Positions 27,049 to 36,494 of a stretch of 64,000 nucleotides of DNA are shown here, one piece after another (position 1 is the stretch's first letter; the number at the start of each line of letters is the position of its first letter). Location: contig CAWETI010000003.1 of the NCBI GenBank assembly GCA_963812015.1, positions 576,001-640,000 on the forward strand, written 5' to 3'. Made by a program: the position numbers and the translations under genes. The notes beneath the pieces were generated by a model, which saw only the letters and a program-made list of their open reading frames with translations, searched no databases and was not told the DNA's origin. This DNA is from an uncultured delta proteobacterium (GTDB lineage Bacteria > Desulfobacterota > Desulfobaccia > Desulfobaccales > 0-14-0-80-60-11).

Positions 27049-28410
27049 TTAAATGACCTCTTTGGCTTCCATTGCCCGGATCTGGTCCGAGCTGAGGCCG
27101 CAGACCCGCTGGTAGATTTCTTCGTTGTCAGAGCCCACCGGGCGGTGCACGTGTTTCAAGCGCGGCGGGGACTCGCTCATCTTGTACATGACCTTCTGGG
27201 TGAAGACGTCGCCGTAGAAGGGGTCATCGTACCAGCCCAGGGCGCCCCGATCCAGCCAGTGGTTGCAGTTGGCCGCTTCCAAGACGGTCAGGAGAGGCTG
27301 GGAAATGATGCCGGCACCGCTGAAGATGCGGTTAGCCTCTTCCTTGGTCTTGTTTTTCAGGAACTCTTCGATGGCCGGGTAGATCTCTTCCTGGGCCCGG
27401 GCCTCGACGCGATCGTCATGGCTGGCGTATTTCTTGCCCAGGTCGGGGCGGCCGATGAGGTTCATCAACTTGCCGAAGTCTTCGTCCGTATAGGCCTGGA
27501 CGCAGATGTAGCCCTCTTCCTTCTCAGCCGGATGGTCCGAATGGGGATAGGAGGTCAGGCCGCAGGCGCAGATGCCGTTGACACAGATTTCGGTGTCCCA
27601 GTTGCCCCAGCGCATCCGCACGACGCCGCTGCGACCCCAGAGGGGCAGGGCGTATTCGGTGTACCGGGTGGAACCCTGGACCTGGGAACACTCAAAGTAG
27701 TTGCCCTGGCCCGACACCGTATCCCGCCAGTAGAGGCCGGCCAGCATGCCGGTGGAGACCAGCATGCCAACGGAGTAGTCCATGATCCAGGTGGTGTGTT
27801 TGCTGGGGAAGCCGGCGCTGGCCCTCCCGGCCCGGTGGCCGGTGAAGGAGAAGACGCCGCCCTTGGCCTGGCCCAGGATGTCGTAGGAGGCCCAGTTCCG
27901 GCCGGGGCCGAAGCCGCCGAAGCCGCCGCACCAGGCCAACACGATACGGGGGTTGACCTCTTTGCAGGCGCCGTAGCCGATCTTCCAGCGGTCGAAGGTG
28001 CCGGGCCGGTAGTTCCAGACCATGGCGTCGGTCTTCGACACCAGGTTGTAGAAGATTTCCTTGGCTTCCGGTTTGCGGTAGTCCAGGGTGCAGAAGTACT
28101 CGTTGTGATTGGCGCCCTGGAAGGCCGGGGAAGTGCCGCGGCCCGGGTTCCACCGGGAAACCGGGTAGAACCAGGTTTCATTGTAAGGCGAGCAGTGGCG
28201 CATGGGCTCACCCAAACGGGGCACCTCGATCTTGATGACCTCGGCGCCCAGTTCACCCAAGTAAGCGGCAGCGCAAGGGCCCAGGATGTACTGGGTGCAG
28301 GACAGTACCCGGTACCCTTTCAGGGACTCGGGTTTCTCAAAAAGTGCGTCCTTATTGAAGATAGTCTTGCAATAATCCTCAAAGGGTAGATTATCCAGGT
28401 GTTCGGTCAT
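27049..28410 (-). CDS. Family III (CaiB/BaiF/Frc) CoA-transferase, subunit B
   Basis: LKGYRVL...GP.AA.YLGELGAEVIKIE, NYRPG, YDILGQA and a putative catalytic Asp in WIMDYSVG. Confidence 0.9.
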   Translation of the reverse strand: MTEHLDNLPFEDYCKTIFNKDALFEKPESLKGYRVLSCTQYILGPCAAAYLGELGAEVIKIEVPRLGEPMRHCSPYNETWFYPVSRWNPGRGTSPAFQGANHNEYFCTLDYRKPEAKEIFYNLVSKTDAMVWNYRPGTFDRWKIGYGACKEVNPRIVLAWCGGFGGFGPGRNWASYDILGQAKGGVFSFTGHRAGRASAGFPSKHTTWIMDYSVGMLVSTGMLAGLYWRDTVSGQGNYFECSQVQGSTRYTEYALPLWGRSGVVRMRWGNWDTEICVNGICACGLTSYPHSDHPAEKEEGYICVQAYTDEDFGKLMNLIGRPDLGKKYASHDDRVEARAQEEIYPAIEEFLKNKTKEEANRIFSGAGIISQPLLTVLEAANCNHWLDRGALGWYDDPFYGDVFTQKVMYKMSESPPRLKHVHRPVGSDNEEIYQRVCGLSSDQIRAMEAKEVI

Positions 28411-28428
28411 ATTTCCTAACCCCCTCTA

Positions 28429-29859
28429 TTAGATGAGCCCTTTTCCGTACAGCTCATTCAGCTTGGCGGTATCGAAATTACAGAGCTTGCGGTACACGTC
28501 ACTGTTATCATAGCCCACGGGACGGCCCAGGTCTTTGACCCGGCCCGGAGTCCGGTGGCCATAGAACAAGGAGCCGCAGAACAGCACCTTGCCGTAATGC
28601 CCTGTGTCGATGGACCGCACCATGCCCCGGTATTTGTAGTGGGGCTCTTCCGCCACTTCGTCGATGAAGGAGACGCCGCCGGCGGCCACTTCTTCCTCCA
28701 GCAGCTTGGCCCGGCACTCTTCCCGGGTCCAGTCCTTCATCCAGTCGGTGAGGATGGTGCAGGTCTTGACCTGCTGGTCGTGGCCGACCCGGTCGATGAC
28801 CACCCGCAGGGTGGGCTCATCCAGGATCATGTCTTCCAGCTCGGGGCGGTCTTTGCCTACGGTCTTCCAGATGCGGTACCACAGCCGGTCATGGCCGCCG
28901 CCCACCATCATGTAGCCGTCTTTGCAGGGGTTCACCGAGTAGATGTTGATGGCCAGGTCCCAGTTGCCGTAACGGGGCTTACTGGAGCCGTCCATGCCGT
29001 ACCAACCCCAGGCATAGTCATGGATCCTCAGGTGGGACTCAGCCGAGGTGACTTCGATGAACTGGCCTTTGCCGGAGGTTTCCCGGTAAATCAAGGCGGC
29101 GATGGTGCTGTGGGCCGTCAGGTTGCCGGCCAGGATGTCGTCGGACCGCTCGCCGGACCGGATGGGAGTGCCGCCGAAGGACTTGGGCAGGCCGGTGGCA
29201 TGGCACCAACCGGTGGAGCAGGGCGAGGAGGGATAGAGTTCGCCCGGCTTGTCCTTCAAAGGACCCCACTGGCCTTTCTGCCCGGTCCAGACATAAATCA
29301 GGCGGGGGTTGATCTTGGAGAGCTGGCGGTAGCCGATGCCCCACTCGTCAAACTGCCCGGGGGCATAGTTTTCGACGAGCACATCGGCGTGGACGACCAG
29401 CTTCTTCAGGATGGCCCGGCCCTCTTCCTTGGTAAGGTCCAGGGTGATGGACTGTTTGTTCCGGCATTCATGCAGGAAGCCGCCGCCGCAGAGGTCGCCG
29501 TTGACGTCATCCTTGAACATGTAGCGCTTGCGCCCGAAAGCGCTCAGCTTCCGGAGGGGAGAGCCGCCCGGGGGTTCCACCATGATGACGTTGGCCCCCA
29601 GTTCGCCCAGGTAGCCGCCGCCAAACATGGCGTTGACCTGCAGGCCGCCGTGCCCGCATTCCAGGACCCGGATTAGGCCCAGGGCTTCGGGTTTGGCCAT
29701 CTCGTGTTTGGGATGGAGCCAGCCCTCAAAGATGGTGGAGATTTCCCGAGACGCCTCGGTGCAGATTTTCGGGTCATAGACTTCTTCAAATGTGGGAATT
29801 GGGGTCAGAGGCCACAGTAAAGGTGCTTCTTGAACCTCTTTTTTAAGATCTTCGGACAT
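28429..29859 (-). CDS. Family III (CaiB/BaiF/Frc) CoA-transferase, subunit A
   Basis: LGELGANVIMVEPPGG, RNKQSITLDL, DVLVENYAPG, INPRLIY and a putative catalytic Asp in SDDILAG; GAGGAGG RBS. Confidence 0.9.
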   Translation of the reverse strand: MSEDLKKEVQEAPLLWPLTPIPTFEEVYDPKICTEASREISTIFEGWLHPKHEMAKPEALGLIRVLECGHGGLQVNAMFGGGYLGELGANVIMVEPPGGSPLRKLSAFGRKRYMFKDDVNGDLCGGGFLHECRNKQSITLDLTKEEGRAILKKLVVHADVLVENYAPGQFDEWGIGYRQLSKINPRLIYVWTGQKGQWGPLKDKPGELYPSSPCSTGWCHATGLPKSFGGTPIRSGERSDDILAGNLTAHSTIAALIYRETSGKGQFIEVTSAESHLRIHDYAWGWYGMDGSSKPRYGNWDLAINIYSVNPCKDGYMMVGGGHDRLWYRIWKTVGKDRPELEDMILDEPTLRVVIDRVGHDQQVKTCTILTDWMKDWTREECRAKLLEEEVAAGGVSFIDEVAEEPHYKYRGMVRSIDTGHYGKVLFCGSLFYGHRTPGRVKDLGRPVGYDNSDVYRKLCNFDTAKLNELYGKGLI

Positions 29860-30030
29860 TCAGCATCCTCCTTTATTGCCGTTAATTCGAATTCTCATTT
29901 AGGGAAACTTGAGTCCGCTCAAGTCCAGCCTTACTTCGGATAGGCGGCAGCCACCTCCTTTCGTGAATATTCTGGCTCACGCGAAGGAGCCAGGCATGTT
30001 AGTACCTCGATATAGTCCGAAATACCTTCA

Positions 30031-30046
30031 AGCTAAATTTGTGCCA
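30031..30046 (-). promoter_or_regulatory. sigma54 (-24/-12) promoter of the CoA-transferase operon
   Basis: Minus strand TGGCAC-AAATT-TAGCT versus consensus TGGCAC-N5-TTGCW; adjacent near-palindrome ggggaaaattttctcc at 30061-30076. Confidence 0.7.
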
Positions 30047-30361
30047 AATATCTCAAGTTAGGGGAAAATTTTCTCCATGAAATATAACTTGTTTGATTTA
30101 TTGAATTATTTCCCTAAGATGACTTAGGCCGGTGGTGGCTTCCGGGAGGGCGTTCAACCCAAAAGCCGCCAGGGCTGGGGGAATCGGTATCAGGCGGGGG
30201 GGTGTTTTTCCCCGCAGGCGAAGCGGCCGGGGCGACGAAAATCTGGTACGGCGTCCCGGCTAGTTTTAGTATAATGATCTTAAGAGGCCTTCCGGGATGA
30301 GGCGCCGCACGTGAGCGCCCCTCCTGACCGCAGGCCCGAAACACTTAATGAGCCTGAGACT

Positions 30362-31567
30362 ATGGCAGATCAGCACGTCCATGCCCCCAAAAACTGGTTT
30401 GAACGCCATCCCCGCAAGACTATTTTAGGGTTGGTCTTGATCCTGATTCTGGGCGCCACCTACGGCACCGAAAAGCTCCTGGCTTATATCAACCATACCC
30501 ATAACCTGGTACTCTTTACCGAGAGGCGCTATATCAATTTAAGGGAGATCCTCCCCGGGGTCGACACGGTGGATGTCCCCCCGGACCGGGCCGTGCGGGA
30601 ATCCGACGACCTGGTCCAGAAGCCCTACCGGGTGCGCACCGACGCCCAGGGCTTCATGCTGCCATATAATCATTATGACAAGGCGGATAAGACCCTGGTG
30701 TTTTTGGGAGGCTCCACCGTCGCCTGCATCTATGTGGATGAAACGAGCCGGTTTCCCTACCTGGTGGGCCAGCTCCTGGAACAAAAGACCGGGAAAAAGA
30801 TCACCTCGATTAATTCGGGGGTCGGCGGCAACAATTCTTTGCATTCGCTGGATATTTTATTGAACAAGATTATCCCGGTCAGGCCGGATATGGTCATCAT
30901 GATGCATAACATCAACGACTTGGTGGCCCTGATTTACGATGGGACTTACTGGAGCAAAAACCCCACCCGGGAGCCCATCGTCAATTTCAATTTTTATAAG
31001 ACCCTCACGGGGCTGAAGGCCCTGTCCACCCTGGCCCGGGATATGTATATCCCGAACCTCCACGCCGCGACCCGGATCCTGAGCAAGAAAATCTTCGGCA
31101 AAAAGGTGAAGGACCCGGACGACGAGTTTGCCTACATCCGGGGCAAGAAGCTCACGGTGGATGAGGCGCAGATTCTGGCTGAATTCAAGATGAACCTTAA
31201 CACCTTCATCAACATCTGCCGGGCCCGGAGAATCACGCCGGTGCTGATGACCCAGTTCAACCGCTACAAACCCAATCCCGACCCCAAGGTCCTGCAGGCT
31301 ATGAAGGGCTTTGAAGCCGACTCCCAGATCCCGGTGGGCGAATTCATGGATCTTTACGCCAAATTCAACCAGGCTATCCGGGAAGTGGGGAAAAGCAACG
31401 ACGTCCTGGTGATCGACCTGGCGGCTTTGATCCCCCAGGATAAACAATATATGTATGACGTGGTGCACCTCAACACCCAGGGGTCGGAGCTGGCCGCCCA
31501 ACTGATCAGCGAGGGCCTGCTTGGGCAGGTGTCAGGGTTCAGGGGGCAGGGACCAGAGAAGAACTGA
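30362..31567 (+). CDS. SGNH/GDSL hydrolase family membrane-anchored protein
   Basis: N-terminal TM segment, FLGGST, INSGVGG, HNIND and YDVVHLN motifs. Confidence 0.85.
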   Translation: MADQHVHAPKNWFERHPRKTILGLVLILILGATYGTEKLLAYINHTHNLVLFTERRYINLREILPGVDTVDVPPDRAVRESDDLVQKPYRVRTDAQGFMLPYNHYDKADKTLVFLGGSTVACIYVDETSRFPYLVGQLLEQKTGKKITSINSGVGGNNSLHSLDILLNKIIPVRPDMVIMMHNINDLVALIYDGTYWSKNPTREPIVNFNFYKTLTGLKALSTLARDMYIPNLHAATRILSKKIFGKKVKDPDDEFAYIRGKKLTVDEAQILAEFKMNLNTFINICRARRITPVLMTQFNRYKPNPDPKVLQAMKGFEADSQIPVGEFMDLYAKFNQAIREVGKSNDVLVIDLAALIPQDKQYMYDVVHLNTQGSELAAQLISEGLLGQVSGFRGQGPEKN

Positions 31568-31628
31568 TCCCTAACCCCTGATCCCTTTCTTTGTATCCTC
31601 TGTGTCTCTGTGGTAAATAATCATCGAG

Positions 31629-32786
31629 ATGGAGCGCCCACCGAAAAAAATTAACGTGCTGTTCATCATCAAACCGGAGCGGGGCGCCGGCGCCGAAATG
31701 GTGCTGGTGGAGGCCGCGGCGCGCTTGAACCCGGACCGCTTCCAGGTGATTTGCGGCCTGCTGACGCCGGATGCGGAACATCTCATTCCCTCGCACCTGG
31801 ACACCATCGACTTCCGTCTGCCGGGGCTCAACGGCTGGGTCTGGCTGCGGTTTTTCTTCCACCTCGGCTGGGTTATCTATCGCCGCCGGGTCGACCTGTT
31901 GCACGTGAACAGCTATGTCCCGGGGAATTACGCCCGCCTGGCCGGGGCCCTGATGCAGGTGCCCATCATCATCGACCACTGGCACGGCTTCACCCGGTTC
32001 AACGGCAAGCGCCGGCTCATTTGCCGCCTCCTGGGGCGCTTTACCGATCTGAGTATCGCGGTCTCCCAAGGGGTGCGGGACTATCTTCTCAAGGAATGTG
32101 GGCTGGACCCGGCCAGGGTGAGGGTGGTGCATAATGGGGTGGATATCGCCGCCATCGACGCGGCCCGCCCCGGTTCGGAGGTGCGCCGGGCCTTGGGGCT
32201 GCCCGATGAGGCGCCGGTGATCGGGTTGGTGGGCCGCCTGGATCACTGGGGCAAGGGGCACAGAGAATTGTTTGAAGCCATGGCGCGCCTCAAGGACCGG
32301 CATCCCTGTCAGGCCCTCATCGTGGGGGGCGGCAGGCGAGAGGATGAGGTGCGGGCTTTGGCGGCCAGCCTGGGTCTCGCCGATGCCGTCCACTTTCTCG
32401 GCCAGCGCCAGGATGTCCCCGATCTCCTCAACGCCATGGATATTTTTGTCCTCCCCAGCTACAGCGAAGGGGTGTCCCTGGCCCTGCTGGAGGCCATGGC
32501 GGCGGGCCTGCCGGTGATCGCCACCGCGGTGGGCGGGCTCCCCGAGGTGGTGGAACATGAGTCCACCGGGCTGCTCATCCCGCCCCGGGATGCGGCGGCC
32601 CTGGCCCGGTCCCTGGAGCGACTCTTGGCGGACCCCGCCTGGGCGCGGCAACTGGGAGCCAACGCCCGGGCCCATGTCAGGGAACACTTCTCCCTGGACC
32701 GCCTGGGCCGGGAGATCAATGAGATATATGGGGAGCTGATAGAGAAGAAATTTGGGTTGACAAAGACCTTGACTATATCTCAATAA
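31629..32786 (+). CDS. Glycosyltransferase family 4
   Basis: GAEMVL, VHNGVD, KGH and PSYSEG...LLEAMAAG motifs. Confidence 0.92.
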   Translation: MERPPKKINVLFIIKPERGAGAEMVLVEAAARLNPDRFQVICGLLTPDAEHLIPSHLDTIDFRLPGLNGWVWLRFFFHLGWVIYRRRVDLLHVNSYVPGNYARLAGALMQVPIIIDHWHGFTRFNGKRRLICRLLGRFTDLSIAVSQGVRDYLLKECGLDPARVRVVHNGVDIAAIDAARPGSEVRRALGLPDEAPVIGLVGRLDHWGKGHRELFEAMARLKDRHPCQALIVGGGRREDEVRALAASLGLADAVHFLGQRQDVPDLLNAMDIFVLPSYSEGVSLALLEAMAAGLPVIATAVGGLPEVVEHESTGLLIPPRDAAALARSLERLLADPAWARQLGANARAHVREHFSLDRLGREINEIYGELIEKKFGLTKTLTISQ

Positions 32787-32800
32787 TTGGTATATTTATT

Positions 32801-33091
32801 ATGGCTTGGGACGTCTTGTTAGCGGCTAGCGTCCACAAAAAGCTCAAGCGGCTGCCCACTGGTATAGATGAAATCCTTCAGCTCTTGCTGGCTGAGATGA
32901 GGCTCTCCGGCCCGGTTCAGGCTGCCTGGCCTAATTATGGCAAGCTCCGGAAGGACTGCCATCATTGCCACCTTCAGAGAGGCAGGCCCACCTATGTGGC
33001 GGTTTGGAGGGTCCTGGGCAAGAAAGACAGGCTGATAGAGGTTATTTATGTCGGAAGCCATGAAAAAGCGCACTACGGGCGGTTATGTTGA
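32801..33091 (+). CDS. RelE-like toxin
   Basis: WPNYGKL...HHCHL..GRPTYVAVW...IEVIYVGSHEKA; overlaps the downstream HTH gene. Confidence 0.75.
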   Translation: MAWDVLLAASVHKKLKRLPTGIDEILQLLLAEMRLSGPVQAAWPNYGKLRKDCHHCHLQRGRPTYVAVWRVLGKKDRLIEVIYVGSHEKAHYGRLC

Positions 33092-33395
33092 GGTTAGGTT
33101 CCGGATCCCGGTAACCAAAGTGGTGGAGGCGAAGCAGGCTTTGGCCTCCTATGGAGCCATTGCCGAAGAGGCGGGGTCTGTGCCTTGGGAGGAGGTCTAT
33201 CCTGACTTTAATGGGAGTGTGGCTCTTCGGGGGGCAAGGAAAAGAGAGGCCCTGACCCAAAAGGAGTTGGCTCTCCTGGCGGGGGTCAGCCAGACCCATA
33301 TCTCGGAAATGGAGCATGGCAAGAGGCCCATCGGCAAGGACATGGCCAGGAGGCTGGCCAAGGTTCTCAAGGTCAATTATCGGGTTTTATTGTAA
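33048..33395 (+). CDS. XRE-family HTH antitoxin
   Basis: LRGARKREALTQKELA...SQTHISEMEHGKRPIG motif. Confidence 0.85.
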   Translation: MSEAMKKRTTGGYVEVRFRIPVTKVVEAKQALASYGAIAEEAGSVPWEEVYPDFNGSVALRGARKREALTQKELALLAGVSQTHISEMEHGKRPIGKDMARRLAKVLKVNYRVLL

Positions 33396-33455
33396 GCCAA
33401 AAAGTTTTAAAAAATCCTCGCACCAGAAGAGGCAAGGTACGAGGAGACGTCTTCC

Positions 33456-34577
33456 TCATTTCCCAAAAAACCGCGGTTCCCACCAAGTCTTGATCAAGTC
33501 CACCACGTCCGCCATCTTAATCGCCTCCATACACAAATTCTTCGGGCATTTTTTGAGCAGGCAGGGTTCCTGGGTGCAAACCTCTGACCGTTTATGGAGG
33601 GCCGCGCCCCAGTCCACTTGATACGGTCCTACCCGCCGGGGGGCGTCGGCGCCCAACAGGCCGATGGTGGGCACGCCCAGGGCCAGGCCCATGTGCAAAG
33701 GGCCGCTGTCGTTGGCCACCAGGAGGCGGCAGTGAGTCAGCAGGGCGGCCACGGTGAGCAGGGGGTAGCGGCCCCCGGTCACCAGGGTGGGGCCGGATAA
33801 TTGGGCGGCGATGGCTTCAGCCGGCACCCTGTCCCCCTCGCCGCTGATGATGAGGAGCGGCGCTTGGTAGGAGTCGTACAAGAAATTCCCCAGCTCGATG
33901 AACGACGCCGCCGGCCACCACTTGTAGGGATCGGAGCCGGTGGGGTGGAGGGCCATCAGGAGGGGAGGGACCCGGCCGAAATTTTCGGTCAGGATGGCCG
34001 CGGCCCGCTCGGTTTCTCCCGGCGGCAGGAAGAGGTCCATGCGCTTATCGGCGGTGTCGGCCCCCAGGAGCCGCACATAGTCGAGACGCCGCTCGATGGC
34101 GTGCTCATCAGGGTCGGTAAAGGCCACCGCGGCCGAATAGGTGAAGGCAAAAGGGCTGCGGGCCGAGCCGATGATGAACGGGGTCCCGGAAAGATGCGCC
34201 AGGAGGGTGGCTTCGGGGTCGTTGCCGTGGAGGATGATGACCAGGTCATAAGCCCTCCGGCGCAACTGGCGGGCCAGGCTCAAGAGGCCCCGGTTGCGGC
34301 CGGGATAGGCAAAGAGGCGGGCCACACAAGGATTATGGGCCAGGAGGACGCCGAACCCCCGGTGGGTCAACACTTCCAGTTCCCAGGCGGGATGCCGCTC
34401 TTTCAAGGCCCGGATGGCCGGGGTGGAAAATAGGGTGTCCCCCAGGGCGGTGGCACTGATCAACAGGACCCGCCGGACTTCATCGGAAACCAGGGACGGC
34501 AACGGCGCGGGAGGCCGGCGGCGGACCCGGTGGCGCAGATACTGGCGGGCCAGGGCGGTTAAGAGTTTATGCCACAT
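33456..34577 (-). CDS. Glycosyltransferase family 9 (heptosyltransferase-like)
   Basis: ALGDTLFSTP, HPTGS..YKWWP and NDSGPLH..ALGVPT motifs. Confidence 0.92.
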   Translation of the reverse strand: MWHKLLTALARQYLRHRVRRRPPAPLPSLVSDEVRRVLLISATALGDTLFSTPAIRALKERHPAWELEVLTHRGFGVLLAHNPCVARLFAYPGRNRGLLSLARQLRRRAYDLVIILHGNDPEATLLAHLSGTPFIIGSARSPFAFTYSAAVAFTDPDEHAIERRLDYVRLLGADTADKRMDLFLPPGETERAAAILTENFGRVPPLLMALHPTGSDPYKWWPAASFIELGNFLYDSYQAPLLIISGEGDRVPAEAIAAQLSGPTLVTGGRYPLLTVAALLTHCRLLVANDSGPLHMGLALGVPTIGLLGADAPRRVGPYQVDWGAALHKRSEVCTQEPCLLKKCPKNLCMEAIKMADVVDLIKTWWEPRFFGK

Positions 34578-34745
34578 AATTTAACGTCGGTCAGGCGCGG
34601 GAGGCGTCATCTTACCTCTGCAGGCCTTAATGCCCTCTCCGAAGGCGGGTGTCCAAATGGATGGCCGGTGGATTTTTGCTCCAAAAATGGGGTATATTGA
34701 CCAAAGCTGGCCCATTGCCGATCATCTTAAATGAGGATAAGGCTT

Positions 34746-34976
34746 ATGATACCACACGGTCACCCCCATGGGCACGAAAGAGACAAAGCGAAACACTCCC
34801 ACCCCACCGAGCGCTGGCGAGGTCTCCACAAAGACTGGCGCACCTGGGCGGTTATCGGCTTGATGTTGGCGGCTATCGGCACCTATGTGCTGACCCTGGA
34901 CGAGTCGGTCCAGCCGGGCAGTGCGGCCCGGGACGGACTCCCGGCCTCGGCGGCGCCGGGAAGCACTCCGAAATAA
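34746..34976 (+). CDS. Small single-pass membrane protein
   Basis: His-rich N-terminus followed by HKDWRTWAVIGLMLAAIGTYVLTLDES. Confidence 0.6.
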   Translation: MIPHGHPHGHERDKAKHSHPTERWRGLHKDWRTWAVIGLMLAAIGTYVLTLDESVQPGSAARDGLPASAAPGSTPK

Positions 34977-35002
34977 GGTTGGGTAAGGCCAGCCGGGGAA
35001 AA

Positions 35003-36202
35003 CTAATCCCTGATCCCTAAACCCATGACCTCATCATAGAACTGCTCCAGTCGCCGGGCGATCTTTTCCCACGTGAAGTTGGCGCTCACCCACTCCCGGC
35101 CCTGTTGGCCCAACTGTTGCCTCCGGGGCGCATCATTCAAGAGCCCGATGATCTTGGCCGCCAGTTCGGCGTCGTCGTCCGGTTGCCGTAGCAGCAGGCC
35201 GTTAAAGCCATCCCGGACCACCTCGGGAATGCCGCCCCTGGCGGTGGCGATGATGGGCAACCCCGCGGCCGAAGCCTCCAGGAAGACCAGCCCCAACCCC
35301 TCTTCGATCTGAGACGGGCCCACGAAGACATCGCCCAGGAGATAGGCCCGGGGCATCTCGGTCGGGGGCATGAACCCGGTGAGCACCACGCGGCCGGGGG
35401 CCCGGTCCAGGTCCCGGCGCAATTGGCCTAAAAACGGGGTCTCCCGCATGGTGCGGCCCTTGCCGTATTCGGTGCCGCCCACCAGCACCAGCACCGTCTC
35501 GGGCGCGATTTCCCAGACCCGGGTCATGGCCCGGAGCAGGATATGGACCCCCTTGCTCTCCCTGAGCTTGCCGGCAAAGAGGACGGTGGGTTCGTCCTCA
35601 ATGCCGTACCGGCGGCGCACCTCCCGGACCCCGGCCGCCGGGTCCCAGAGGGAGGCAAAGGCGTCGGTGGAAACCCCGTTATAGATGACCCGAAAGAGGG
35701 CCGCCCCCCGCCCCAGCCGGGACTTCTCCCGGTCCAGCACGAAGTTGCTGCAGGCGGCAAAGCCCGCCACCGGCATGGAGGCGCCGGGCCGGGGCCGCTC
35801 CCGTTTCCCCAGGGACTCAGAGAGGTTGTGCATGTGGAGGATGATAGGGGTCCCGGGGGGCAGGCGGCGCTTCAGGGACAGGGCCAGGAGGGGCCGGTTG
35901 TGGACGTGTACCAGGTCCGGCCGGACCCGTTGGATGATCCGGGCCACCTCCCGGTCATAGAGAGGACAAAACCGGCGATAGCGGCAATAGAGCCATTTGC
36001 GCCAGCCTTCCAGGGGGACGCGGTAATATTCCGCCTGACCCCGGGTTTCCCGGCGGGGCAACTCGGGGTCGGATACCCCGATGACCACCGGCCGCCAGGA
36101 GGTGAGGCTACCGGCCACCTTCTCGATGAACAATTCGGCCGCCCCGCCCCGAATGGGGGGGATGGGGTAGAGTTCGGGTCCGATCAGGGCCACGGTGGGC
36201 AT
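35003..36202 (-). CDS. Glycosyltransferase family 4 (WaaK/CotSA-like)
   Basis: IPPIRGGAAE, HVHNRP, KGVHILL and EEGLGLVFLEASAAG motifs; start MPTVAL at 36202. Confidence 0.9.
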   Translation of the reverse strand: MPTVALIGPELYPIPPIRGGAAELFIEKVAGSLTSWRPVVIGVSDPELPRRETRGQAEYYRVPLEGWRKWLYCRYRRFCPLYDREVARIIQRVRPDLVHVHNRPLLALSLKRRLPPGTPIILHMHNLSESLGKRERPRPGASMPVAGFAACSNFVLDREKSRLGRGAALFRVIYNGVSTDAFASLWDPAAGVREVRRRYGIEDEPTVLFAGKLRESKGVHILLRAMTRVWEIAPETVLVLVGGTEYGKGRTMRETPFLGQLRRDLDRAPGRVVLTGFMPPTEMPRAYLLGDVFVGPSQIEEGLGLVFLEASAAGLPIIATARGGIPEVVRDGFNGLLLRQPDDDAELAAKIIGLLNDAPRRQQLGQQGREWVSANFTWEKIARRLEQFYDEVMGLGIRD

Positions 36203-36390
36203 TTTTGGGGATTTTCGGCTTAAGGTTTTCAGTTTTCGGCCAATCCAGCCAAATTTTGTGCCGGTTCTCAGCCCTGAGGCGAAAAATCCATCAAGGCGCT
36301 CGCCTTGAGCCTGCCAGGCCTCAACCACTTAATAAGTTAGCATAAAATTATATCAAAAAATCAGATCATTAACCAAAAACCAAAAATTTC

Positions 36391-36418
36391 TTGACACCTG
36401 AGACAGACTTTGTAATAT
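36391..36418 (+). promoter_or_regulatory. Putative sigma70 promoter for the acyl-CoA ligase
   Basis: TTGACA-16nt-TAATAT with upstream A-tracts. Confidence 0.5.
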
Positions 36419-36494
36419 GCTTCACATGGTTGTGTTCTAGGGTATAGACCGAAAGACCATTAGAATTACCAATATCTGAAGGAGGTAGCAGTTC

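Noticed and set aside
27145..29676. 414-aa and 373-aa plus-strand ORFs
   Set aside because: Antisense shadows of the CoA-transferase genes.
26326..29859. Toluene (bss/bbs) degradation cluster
   Set aside because: No glycyl radical enzyme, activase or other bbs genes are present; the BssC resemblance is limited to Cys spacing.
36246..36266. sigma54 promoter for the GT4 gene (CGGCAC-AAAAT-TTGGC on the minus strand)
   Set aside because: The GC falls one base off the strict GG-N10-GC spacing.
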